Origin: a virus
Lineage: Duplodnaviria; Caudoviricetes
DNA: 30,586 nucleotides
Direction: 5' to 3' (one strand)
Virus record (IMG/VR): IMGVR_UViG_3300008262_004862
Location: 1-30,586 of that record
The position numbers and the translations under genes are program-made. The notes below the pieces were generated by a model, which saw only the letters and a list, made by a program, of their open reading frames with translations, made no database searches and had not been told where the DNA came from. Shown here piece after piece: positions 17,787 through 26,214 of the stretch. The first letter of the stretch is position 1. Every line of letters starts with the position of its first letter.

Positions 17787-18227
17787 ATGAATGGTAATTT
17801 AACACGTTTTGATACTAATGCTCTTAACAGAGCTCTAATTGGGTTTGATCAGTTGTTTGATACTTTTGAAACACGATTCGCTAATCAATTAACCAATAAC
17901 TATCCGCCATACAATATTGAGAAAGTTTCAGAAAATCTCTATGATATTGTTATTGCTGTAGCCGGTTTTGAAAAAAACGAAGTCAACGTAGAAATTGAAG
18001 GTGGACAACTAACAATCCGTGGACAAAAAACAGTAGCAGAATCTCATGCTCCAGAATATCTACATCGTGGACTTGGTTTCCGAGATTTCGAGCGTAGATT
18101 TACACTTGCGGAACATATGGAAGTAATTAAGGCTGAAATTAAAAACGGTCTACTATCAATCCAGATCGAACGCAAAGTTCCAGAGGCTCTATTACCACGC
18201 CAGATTGAAGTGGTTGAGGTTAAGTAA
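17787..18227 (+). CDS. Small heat shock protein (Hsp20/IbpA-like)
   Basis: IGFDQLF, NYPPYNI, IAVAGF, YLHRG, FERRFTLAE, NGLL.I. Confidence 0.95.
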   Translation: MNGNLTRFDTNALNRALIGFDQLFDTFETRFANQLTNNYPPYNIEKVSENLYDIVIAVAGFEKNEVNVEIEGGQLTIRGQKTVAESHAPEYLHRGLGFRDFERRFTLAEHMEVIKAEIKNGLLSIQIERKVPEALLPRQIEVVEVK

Positions 18228-18274
18228 TAGTATGTAATCCGGGGGAGGAAACTCCCCCTAAACGGAGCAATAAA

Positions 18275-18577
18275 ATGGCTGATACAGATATCCAAATAGA
18301 AGACAAAATTAAAATAGAACTTCAACCACCAAAAATGTGGAAAGTGGTGTTCTTAAACGATGACCATACTCCTATGGAATTTGTTATAGAATTGTTGATG
18401 GGTGTGTTCAAACACGATGAAGCTAGATCAAGAGACATCACATTAGAGATACACGAAACTGGTGCTGCTGTAGTAGGTGTCTATACATACGAAATAGCAG
18501 AAAACAAAGGTGTTGAATCAAGTCGGCTAGCTCAAGAGCACGGTTTTCCTTTACAGATTCGCGTAGAGGAAGAATAA
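18275..18577 (+). CDS. clpS: Clp protease adaptor ClpS
   Basis: PPKMWKVVFLNDDHTPMEFV, IHETG.AVVG.Y.YEIAE.K, FPL. Confidence 0.95.
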   Translation: MADTDIQIEDKIKIELQPPKMWKVVFLNDDHTPMEFVIELLMGVFKHDEARSRDITLEIHETGAAVVGVYTYEIAENKGVESSRLAQEHGFPLQIRVEEE

Positions 18578-18581
18578 TTTT

Positions 18582-18627
18582 TCCTGGTATACGCAGATCA
18601 ATAAATATCTGCGTATATATTTCAGGA
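18582..18627 (+). promoter_or_regulatory. SD-occluding hairpin containing a late promoter
   Basis: Perfect 11-bp inverted repeat (18588-18598/18607-18617) with TAAATA at 18602-18607. TCCTG pairs with CAGGA of the SD. Confidence 0.6.
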
Positions 18628-18634
18628 GTACTAA

Positions 18635-19192
18635 ATGAGTCTTAAAGAACTTACTAAAGAAAAGCACCAGGACGCAGAACGCACAGAATTTGCTAAACTT
18701 TTGTTGAGCGGAAAAATCAGCAAAGAAATGTACGGGCTCTATCTAGCCCAGATGTTAGAAGTCTACGGCAAATTAGAATATTATTGTGTAAAAGCAGAAC
18801 TACTAAAAGATTTACCCGGACTAGGTCGTGCTTTATATATTTTTGAAGATCTAAAAGAACTAGACATTCCCCTAACTGGTATAAAGATACTAGAAGCTAC
18901 TAGTGCCTATTCCGAATACCTTGCTACCCTCGCAGAAGATGAAACCAAACACCACTTACTAATGGCTCATCTATATGTACGACATATGGGCGATCTATAT
19001 GGCGGTCAGATGATTGCTAAAAAAGTGCCTGGCAGCGGTAAGTTTTATCAATTTAGAAATAAAGAAGAATTAATAGGTAAGATACGAGCCAAACTCACGG
19101 ATGACCTAGGCGATGAAGCTAATATCGCATTTGATCATGCTATTGCTATTATGAAGGAACTTAATGAGTCTAGTTTGGAACACGCTGATTGA
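18635..19192 (+). CDS. hemO: Heme oxygenase
   Basis: LKELTKEKHQDAE (proximal His) and AHLYVRHMGDLYGGQMI. Confidence 0.92.
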   Translation: MSLKELTKEKHQDAERTEFAKLLLSGKISKEMYGLYLAQMLEVYGKLEYYCVKAELLKDLPGLGRALYIFEDLKELDIPLTGIKILEATSAYSEYLATLAEDETKHHLLMAHLYVRHMGDLYGGQMIAKKVPGSGKFYQFRNKEELIGKIRAKLTDDLGDEANIAFDHAIAIMKELNESSLEHAD

Positions 19193-19844
19193 AATCCAAC
19201 ATCAGCTAGAAAAACAATTCGAAGAAACCGGAATTGAAACTCAAGAGCCGGGTATGAGTAGATTCAATCAGCCGGGTTGGGTAAACAGGGTATGGACTAG
19301 TGGCAATTATCGTAGAGCTCATATCGATGTAGTCGATGCCCGATCCACAAAGGGCCTCTGGATGATGCACTGTTGTGTATTTCCTCATATCCATAACCCG
19401 GCACCCATATTTGGATTTGATGTAATCGCAGGTAAGAACAAAATTACAGGGTGTTTCTTAGACTATAGTCCTACTACAGATCGTGAACATCCGATGATAG
19501 AATACTTTGCTGAAGAAGTGTCTAGATATGAGTGGATACGTAAGCGTGAACTACCAGACTGGGCACAACGTATTTTTAGTCCACATATGGTAGCTGCGGG
19601 CAATGTACAAGCAGAAGATGAACTAAGTCAAATTTCTAATCTAGCACATGTTATGATAAACCATTACTTAGAAACTGTGGGTGAAACTAATAACATGACA
19701 GCTGATACTACTTTTGAACAAAATTTTTATGCTCAAAATCAAAAACAAAATCCACACACGCCTAGAGTAATGACCAGTCTTGGTCTAGATGAAGAGGATG
19801 TCAAAGTCTTTATACAAGACTGTTTATTCCCCGAATTACGCTAA
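19164..19844 (+). CDS. pcyX: Ferredoxin-dependent bilin reductase, PcyX/PcyA type
   Basis: RRAHID(55), MMH(69)CCVFP, PIFGFD(86), LPDWAQRIFS, QKQNPHT. Overlaps the heme oxygenase gene. Confidence 0.85.
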   Translation: MSLVWNTLIEIQHQLEKQFEETGIETQEPGMSRFNQPGWVNRVWTSGNYRRAHIDVVDARSTKGLWMMHCCVFPHIHNPAPIFGFDVIAGKNKITGCFLDYSPTTDREHPMIEYFAEEVSRYEWIRKRELPDWAQRIFSPHMVAAGNVQAEDELSQISNLAHVMINHYLETVGETNNMTADTTFEQNFYAQNQKQNPHTPRVMTSLGLDEEDVKVFIQDCLFPELR

Positions 19845-20957
19845 TTTTTCCCAGCTGATATATTGAGGATTTCTTAGTGTTTGTACACGTACTGTAGGAT
19901 TTGACTCAAACATGCCGTTGGCATATCTCACATAGATATCTAGTTCAGCGAATCCCTGACTGTCTGGTCTTCCTAACTGAGCTACAAATAATTGACTAGT
20001 TCCGTCGGGCTCTCCATATTTCAAACCCTGTAGCTGAAGATCTTGAACTTCGTTAATTGTAGGTACAAAATATAATCCAGAAGTGCTGAGATAAAAATAT
20101 GGTTTATCTGCAAACCTTAACATGTTAACCAAGCTAGCACTTTTTTGTAAGTGTTGTTCGATAGTAACTTCAAATTCTCTAGCAATCTTAGTGAACAACG
20201 GTGTTGCGTAAGATTTCTTTTGTTTCCAATTAGCTTGGAACCAATCACCAAATACTCGTTGCCATGGACTATTTTTAGCAACAGAATTTAAAATAGTCTG
20301 AGCATCGGCAGTTAATGTTTTTTTGCCTGTACAGGTATATTTGTCTGTTGTATCGTCATAGACAATAGTATATTTGTCTGTAAGCGGTGCTATAACTTGT
20401 CCCGGTTGTGCTTTGGCCTGTTCCAAAACATCGTTAAAGATATTAGTCTTCATATCTTTGAATTCTTGCTGGGCATATTGATAAAAAATATCATTGCCTT
20501 TTTCAGGAGTTAATCCCAGTGCCTTAGGTGTTAAATTAGCTAACGTAATGCCGCCTTCGGCCTTGATACTCATACCAGCAACCTTAGAACCTTCAAATCC
20601 TACGTCAGCAGCATTATCGGCTTTGTTTTTACCGCCTGCCCATGAAAACTGACCTAATTGAGTTTCTTTCTCAGCTAATTTGCTATTGATGATATCTTTA
20701 TATCCATTAGTCTTATTATACCAGCCTTGGAACAGTGCTTGATCATAGTTAGGAACTAATAGTTTTTTAATATCGTTGTATGCTGCCTTAGGATTAGCCA
20801 ATACCGATTCGGGTATAGTCTGTTCAGGATTGGATGGATCAAACGAAGAGATGTCAACATCTGCTAAAGCACATAAAACAGCAATTTCACTGTTATAACG
20901 CCTACCGCCCGATGCTCCACCTTCTTGTAATGATTGGTTAAATTCAAAAAATCTCAT
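19836..20957 (-). CDS. Hypothetical protein, possible PD-(D/E)xK-like nuclease
   Basis: 373 aa with ADV...MSIK spacing. TAAATA lies 7 nt upstream on the minus strand. The function is tentative. Confidence 0.6.
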   Translation of the reverse strand: MRFFEFNQSLQEGGASGGRRYNSEIAVLCALADVDISSFDPSNPEQTIPESVLANPKAAYNDIKKLLVPNYDQALFQGWYNKTNGYKDIINSKLAEKETQLGQFSWAGGKNKADNAADVGFEGSKVAGMSIKAEGGITLANLTPKALGLTPEKGNDIFYQYAQQEFKDMKTNIFNDVLEQAKAQPGQVIAPLTDKYTIVYDDTTDKYTCTGKKTLTADAQTILNSVAKNSPWQRVFGDWFQANWKQKKSYATPLFTKIAREFEVTIEQHLQKSASLVNMLRFADKPYFYLSTSGLYFVPTINEVQDLQLQGLKYGEPDGTSQLFVAQLGRPDSQGFAELDIYVRYANGMFESNPTVRVQTLRNPQYISWEKLA

Positions 20958-21048
20958 AGTATGTTATTTACCGTAACTTATTAACTACCTGGTTAATTTT
21001 TCTATGTTAGTTAGTAAATAATATTACGGGTTACCGGGAGCGAATAAA

Positions 21049-21678
21049 ATGAAAAAAGTATTAATAACCGTGGCGTTATTTGCGATGGTTGGATCAGTAT
21101 CAGCAGCAGATCCTATCGTAACTGATTCTACATCAAGAAGTACCGTAGATTCAAATTCTACAACAACAATAAAATCTCCACCACCTACAGCAGTAGCACC
21201 AGCAATTACTACCATTAATAATGATGTATGTGCCGTAGCAGCGAGTGGAGCAGTCCAAACGCAGATTCTTGGTATCTCCATGGGTGGTACGATGAGAGAT
21301 ATGAATTGCGAAAGAATCAAACTTTCAAAGAACTTATATGACATGGGCATGAAGGTAGCTGCTGTAGCTTCTTTATGTCAAGATGAACGAGTGTTCGCAG
21401 CTATGTTGGCTGCTGGAACACCTTGTCCTATTGATGGTAAGATCGGCGAGCAAGCAAAATCAGAATGGCAAGCACGTGGTGTCATTGATAACCAAAAGAA
21501 AGAAAATGTTGGTTATTATGCTACCAAAGCACCTACAGTAGATTTAAGGGAACCACCTAAAGATTCTCAGCCCAAAGATGCGGCTGGTAAGGAGGTATCC
21601 AAAAGTAACAACGTGGGGAAGTGTGATGCTTATACTGGTGATGATCCTGTTGTAAGAGCGAGAGTCTGTGGTAAATGA
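21049..21678 (+). CDS. Secreted Cys-containing protein
   Basis: Signal peptide ending VSA-A, SPPPTAVAP, six Cys. TAAATA at 21015-21020 and a GGAG SD. Confidence 0.8.
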   Translation: MKKVLITVALFAMVGSVSAADPIVTDSTSRSTVDSNSTTTIKSPPPTAVAPAITTINNDVCAVAASGAVQTQILGISMGGTMRDMNCERIKLSKNLYDMGMKVAAVASLCQDERVFAAMLAAGTPCPIDGKIGEQAKSEWQARGVIDNQKKENVGYYATKAPTVDLREPPKDSQPKDAAGKEVSKSNNVGKCDAYTGDDPVVRARVCGK

Positions 21679-23921
21679 AACAACTAATAAAGTTTGCAGC
21701 GGCAGTAGTCATGTCGATCGTCGGGTCGATAGCTGCCGCACAGACTGTTCAAACTACACCTAATTTAATTCAACCAAATCATTGGGCAGGTGTAACCTAC
21801 GGAGTCCATCCAGGAGATTGTTGTACTGGTGGGCCGCAACCACTTTATGATACAAGTAATAACTCAATAAACTTTTCTTATGGCAACTATAATGTTGCCC
21901 AACTAGTTGCGTTAAATCAAGCACTGTCAGGAACAGGTATAAATGTTCGTGGATTTAATTATTCGTGGACTATTACTACTGCAACTCAAAATGGCGTTGA
22001 TCCTCTTAATGCCAGTGTTGGGCTTTATAGTTCTTCTGGAAATTATCTAGAAGGATTTAATTATTCTTATAACAATGCTGTGACAAATCAAACGTACTCG
22101 GGTACGGAGAATTTTTCACAACACTATCCATTGGCTAGTCTTTATGGGATACAATTAAATTTTCAATCAGTAGATAATGGATTCTGGGCAGGATATTATG
22201 GACCAAGAGTAAGTAATATCAGTTTGACTGCTAATTATGGTGTTGATCCCTGTGCCGCTAATCCAGCATATTCTCCATCATGTCCCGGATTTAACACAGT
22301 AATAACCAGCGGTAATCTACTGTCTGGTACAACTGGTGTACAGGCATATGCTATCAATCAAGCATTGGCCTTAGCAGGAGCAGGTGCTACTATTCATGGG
22401 TTTGATTACGGTTACAATTATAATGTTGCTGGAAGACAATGTGCTGTGTGGGATTTATTTGGTCTTTGCTTAACAGGTTTTAACTATTCCGATGCCGGTG
22501 TTTCAACAGTTATCACAGATAGTAATAATGCTACAATCTTCAGTGAATCCAACACACATAATGGTGGTGACAATGGAACTTCTGGAACATTTAGCAAACA
22601 ATTTAGATTTGGTTCCTCTTTGCCAATGTCAACGTTGGGCGGGTTTGCCATGGCCCCATGGACTAGCGGTAATGCTAGTATAACAAACATGTACAGTAAT
22701 GCGGTATATACTCCTGATGTTTGCATATCAAATCCTTTGTATTCTCCTTCATGCCCTGGATATGCTGCTGCTTATTTTACACAGCAATGTACAGCTAATC
22801 CTTTATATGACTCAAGTTGTCCTGGATATGCTCAAGCGTTTTTTACACAACAATGTACAGCAAATCAATTATATAATCCTGCTTGTCCTGGGTATGCTGC
22901 TGCTTATCTAAATCAACAATGTACAGCTAATCCTTTATATGCTACACAATGCCCAGGATATGAAACTGCTTATCTAAATCAACAATGTACAGCTAATCCT
23001 TTATACTCAACAAGCTGTTCTGGATATCAAACAGCAACAACACAATGTTCTGTAAATCCATTAAGCAATACTCTGTGCTCAGGATATACTACAGCTTCCA
23101 ATACATGTTCTAATAACCAATTGACTTATTCTTATTGCCCTAACTATACCACTACTCTTGCTTCCTGCGGATCTAATCCACAGAGTAATACTATGTGCCC
23201 AGGATATAGCACAACTAAATCTACATCAACTGGAGGTGGTGGATTTTCAACATCTTCCACATCAGAACCATCTTTATCTGTTAGTTCTTCAGGTAAAGTA
23301 GAAGCTACAGTTTCTAAAACTGGCGATAGTAATGTAGACAGTGTGGTAGATAGACAATCAACATCTGCTTCACCTAGCGACACAACCGCAGCGGTAAAAC
23401 TAGCTCCGGCTCCAGCTCCCCCGTCACAGGGATCTAATCCTTCAGCTGGTCCAGCAGCCCCTATGGCCGCTGCCGCTGCTAAAGAAGAAAAGAAAAAAGA
23501 CGAACAAAAGGCTGAAACATCATCAGGCGGTCAAGGACCTATGGCTAAATCTTCCGGCCCATCAGACGGTGGTGATAAAGACAGACCTAAAACTGCTAGA
23601 CAAGAGATACAAGAAAAACGTGAAGCTGCCGCCAAAGCCAAAGCTGTTGAGGAAGGAAAACAACTAGCAGGCAAAATGGGAGATTCTGTATCGATGGAAC
23701 AACAGATTGCTGTACAAAATGTAGTATTACAGGCAATGGGATTTACACCGGGATTCGATGTTTATAATCGTGCTATAATGCCTGACGCTGTAGGTTACAG
23801 ACCATTTGAAATTTATCGTGGTCAACGAAACATAGACACACCGTCATCACGCAGATTGTTAAGTGGGTCAGATAGGCTCCACACTGAAATGATTGATCAA
23901 CAATATAATAGGGGGCAATAA
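21675..23921 (+). CDS. Large secreted protein with Cys-rich repeats and a low-complexity linker
   Basis: Signal peptide, two related beta-rich domains, tandem C..NPLY...CPGY repeats, a Ser/Pro/Ala linker and a charged C-terminal domain. Confidence 0.85.
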   Translation: MKQLIKFAAAVVMSIVGSIAAAQTVQTTPNLIQPNHWAGVTYGVHPGDCCTGGPQPLYDTSNNSINFSYGNYNVAQLVALNQALSGTGINVRGFNYSWTITTATQNGVDPLNASVGLYSSSGNYLEGFNYSYNNAVTNQTYSGTENFSQHYPLASLYGIQLNFQSVDNGFWAGYYGPRVSNISLTANYGVDPCAANPAYSPSCPGFNTVITSGNLLSGTTGVQAYAINQALALAGAGATIHGFDYGYNYNVAGRQCAVWDLFGLCLTGFNYSDAGVSTVITDSNNATIFSESNTHNGGDNGTSGTFSKQFRFGSSLPMSTLGGFAMAPWTSGNASITNMYSNAVYTPDVCISNPLYSPSCPGYAAAYFTQQCTANPLYDSSCPGYAQAFFTQQCTANQLYNPACPGYAAAYLNQQCTANPLYATQCPGYETAYLNQQCTANPLYSTSCSGYQTATTQCSVNPLSNTLCSGYTTASNTCSNNQLTYSYCPNYTTTLASCGSNPQSNTMCPGYSTTKSTSTGGGGFSTSSTSEPSLSVSSSGKVEATVSKTGDSNVDSVVDRQSTSASPSDTTAAVKLAPAPAPPSQGSNPSAGPAAPMAAAAAKEEKKKDEQKAETSSGGQGPMAKSSGPSDGGDKDRPKTARQEIQEKREAAAKAKAVEEGKQLAGKMGDSVSMEQQIAVQNVVLQAMGFTPGFDVYNRAIMPDAVGYRPFEIYRGQRNIDTPSSRRLLSGSDRLHTEMIDQQYNRGQ
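22720..23210 (+). repeat. Coding tandem repeat with a 66-nt (22-aa) period that decays to shorter units
   Basis: A 40-nt exact duplicate at 22900-22939 and 22966-23005. Unit is QQCTANPLYxxxCPGYxxAY. Confidence 0.9.
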
Positions 23922-24127
23922 TGGAAATGTCGCTGTTGTTTGAATCTTTTATGATATTTTATCTATTAGAAGTATTACTTTTAGTTTCTATATACGTTTG
24001 GTATTATAAAGAATCTAAAAATATAACAGTTACACAAAGTGAAAGCCAAAAAAGTTCTGGGCCAACAGCGTCAGAACTTATTAAAATGAGACAGTTGGCC
24101 AATCAACTGAATCGTGGACAACAATAA
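23921..24127 (+). CDS. Small single-TM protein
   Basis: Hydrophobic N-terminus, TAATG coupling, AGGGGG SD. Confidence 0.65.
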   Translation: MEMSLLFESFMIFYLLEVLLLVSIYVWYYKESKNITVTQSESQKSSGPTASELIKMRQLANQLNRGQQ

Positions 24128-24140
24128 AGGGGTTATTAAA

Positions 24141-24767
24141 ATGTCCGAAGAAAAAGATCTAGACAAAAAAGTTGACGAGTTAGAAGCAGCTAAAGAAAAG
24201 TATCTCAGCGATAATACTGTTATTAGTATAGGCGGTTATGCTTTTACACCTGCTAAATTGATGATCGCCGGCGGTATCATATCATCTGTTCTTGGTGGCC
24301 TTTATGGTTCTTTTGAAGTTTATAAAGATTACATGGATATGAAAGACAAGATCGCAAATTATGTCACACCAGACTTAACTGAGATTTATAAAAAGATGGA
24401 AGTCTTAGATGCTAACACAGGCAAGATGGTTGAATACACCCAAGACATTAAAAACGATCTTAAAAATGATATTAGAAGAGTAGAAGGTGTAGTTGAAAAT
24501 CTTGAAAGAAAAAGCGGCAGTGCTATTAGGGACACCGATAATACTGTTAAAGATATTAAACGAGAAGTAGACACTACAACCAAGGAGCTGAGAAAAGATG
24601 TTGACGGAACTCTTAAAGAAGTTAGAAGGTATAGTGATCAAACTATTAAAGAAGTCAATCAAGAAATGACACGTAACCAGAAAGAAACACAAAACGAACT
24701 ACGTGCTATTAGAAGAGAAGTTGACGATAAAATTAAAAAAGCGTTAGACAACCCATTGTCTAACTAA
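24141..24767 (+). CDS. Single-TM coiled-coil protein, long paralog
   Basis: TVISIGGY.FTPAKLM, TM, 11-residue repeats, ALDNPL end. The SD favours ATG 24141. Confidence 0.8.
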   Translation: MSEEKDLDKKVDELEAAKEKYLSDNTVISIGGYAFTPAKLMIAGGIISSVLGGLYGSFEVYKDYMDMKDKIANYVTPDLTEIYKKMEVLDANTGKMVEYTQDIKNDLKNDIRRVEGVVENLERKSGSAIRDTDNTVKDIKREVDTTTKELRKDVDGTLKEVRRYSDQTIKEVNQEMTRNQKETQNELRAIRREVDDKIKKALDNPLSN

Positions 24768-24778
24768 GGAGGAGGGAG

Positions 24779-25255
24779 ATGGGAGAAGAAATTAAAGACG
24801 TAAACAAAAAGGTCGACGACCTTGAAGCAGCAGCAAAAAAGTATGCCAGTAAAGATACTGTTATCAGCATTGGTGGGTACGAATTTACTCCTGCTAAGTT
24901 AATGGTAGCTGCAACTATTGTGTCATCTACATTGGGTGGATTATACGGTGCCTTTGAAGTATATAAAGATTATCAGAGTATGAAAAAACGTATCGCAGAA
25001 TATGTTGCTCCGGATCTCAGCGAACTGAATAAGAAGATGGAAATCACTATGCAGAATAGTGAAAAGTCTGTTCAGTATACGCAAGATATCAAGAACGATC
25101 TAAAACAAGATATCCGCAGACTTGAAAAAGTTGTTGAACAAGTAGAGCGTGACGGTAAGCAGTTGTCTCGCGAAACTGATCAAGACCTAAGGACTATCCG
25201 TAAAGAAATAGATATGAAGATACAACGAGCTTTAGATAATCCATTAGCAAAATAA
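24779..25255 (+). CDS. Single-TM coiled-coil protein, short paralog
   Basis: Same motifs as the previous gene. AAGGAGG SD. Confidence 0.82.
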   Translation: MGEEIKDVNKKVDDLEAAAKKYASKDTVISIGGYEFTPAKLMVAATIVSSTLGGLYGAFEVYKDYQSMKKRIAEYVAPDLSELNKKMEITMQNSEKSVQYTQDIKNDLKQDIRRLEKVVEQVERDGKQLSRETDQDLRTIRKEIDMKIQRALDNPLAK

Positions 25256-25275
25256 TAGTAGCATATTATCAAAAC

Positions 25276-25306
25276 AAAAAGCCCAGAAGAAATTTTGGGC
25301 TTTTTT
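25276..25306 (+). terminator. Intrinsic terminator
   Basis: AAAAA-GCCCAGAA-gaaa-TTTTGGGC-TTTTTT. Confidence 0.85.
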
Positions 25307-25348
25307 GTTAAATAAACGTGCAGTAATTATTAGGAGCGAAGGAGCGAT

Positions 25349-25630
25349 ATGAATGCTGATTTAAAATTGTTTAAATGGGTGGTTATTCTGTTAGCACTTC
25401 CTTTGGGTCTAGCTATATTTGGTGGTGATAGTTTTCGCTATCCATGTCAAGACCCTAAAAACTGGGATAAAGAGATGTGTAAGTTGCCTACTTGCGATGT
25501 TACACGAACTTGCCCAGAACACATCTTCAAAGGTGGCAGAGATCCTAGATTAGGACCTCCAAAAGATGGAGAAGTTTCTCCAACAACGAAACCGATGGTT
25601 TCAGTACCTCAAGATAAAGGATGCAAATGA
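25349..25630 (+). CDS. Small membrane-anchored Cys-rich protein
   Basis: TM followed by FRYPCQDP.NW....C..P.C.V...CPE. TAAATA at 25309-25314. Confidence 0.78.
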   Translation: MNADLKLFKWVVILLALPLGLAIFGGDSFRYPCQDPKNWDKEMCKLPTCDVTRTCPEHIFKGGRDPRLGPPKDGEVSPTTKPMVSVPQDKGCK

Positions 25631-26181
25631 TGGAAATTCTAACAAAATTTAAAAAAGAAGATAAGGACACAGGAGAACACTTTATCTATACCGAAGAGCA
25701 ATTAATGGCTAGACTTAAATTCTTTATTGGAATTTGCCTAGCACTAACATTAACAGGAATCGTTTTTGTGGTGTTGTATTCGATTATTTTCGTTACACAA
25801 CCACTAAACGCTATATCTCCAATTGATCAAAAATTCTTTGAGTTGATCATACCGATCGCTACATTCTTAACAGGAACCCTGTCAGGTATTATGTTAGCTG
25901 GTAATGACAAAGATCTTAGAGCTAAAGCATTAGAAGCTGCTAACAAAGCCCCAACAGTATCACCTAGCCCTAGCACACCACCAACATCTGGCGGATTCAG
26001 TGCTTCAGCTAACTTTGGCGGTGCTAATTTAAGTTTTAGCAAACCAGCGATGTCAACACCGGGAGCAACACCGGCAGCAGGACCGTTTGGAGCTGCAAGC
26101 TCTTTCAGTCCGCCAGCTCAACCAATGATGAGTTCATTAGGCAAACCAATGCCTGTGCCCCCAGAAGATCCTGAGCTGTAA
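25627..26181 (+). CDS. Two-TM membrane protein with a Pro/Ser-rich tail
   Basis: Two hydrophobic helices and an ATGA overlap. The start could be 25621, 25627 or 25630. Confidence 0.78.
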   Translation: MMEILTKFKKEDKDTGEHFIYTEEQLMARLKFFIGICLALTLTGIVFVVLYSIIFVTQPLNAISPIDQKFFELIIPIATFLTGTLSGIMLAGNDKDLRAKALEAANKAPTVSPSPSTPPTSGGFSASANFGGANLSFSKPAMSTPGATPAAGPFGAASSFSPPAQPMMSSLGKPMPVPPEDPEL

Positions 26182-26183
26182 TT

Positions 26184-26214
26184 AAAAAAGCCCGTTTTAA
26201 ACGGGCTTTTCTTT
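26184..26214. terminator. Bidirectional intrinsic terminator
   Basis: AAAAAA-GCCCGTTTTAAACGGGC-TTTTCTTT between convergent genes. Confidence 0.85.

Noticed and set aside
18241-18258. GGGGGAG-GAAA-CTCCCCC hairpin as a terminator
   Set aside because: It has no U-tract. It is more likely a stabilising or processing stem between hsp20 and clpS.
22720-23210. CRISPR array or diversity-generating retroelement repeat
   Set aside because: The repeats are in-frame coding units with no unique spacers, no adenine-specific variation and no cas or reverse transcriptase gene.
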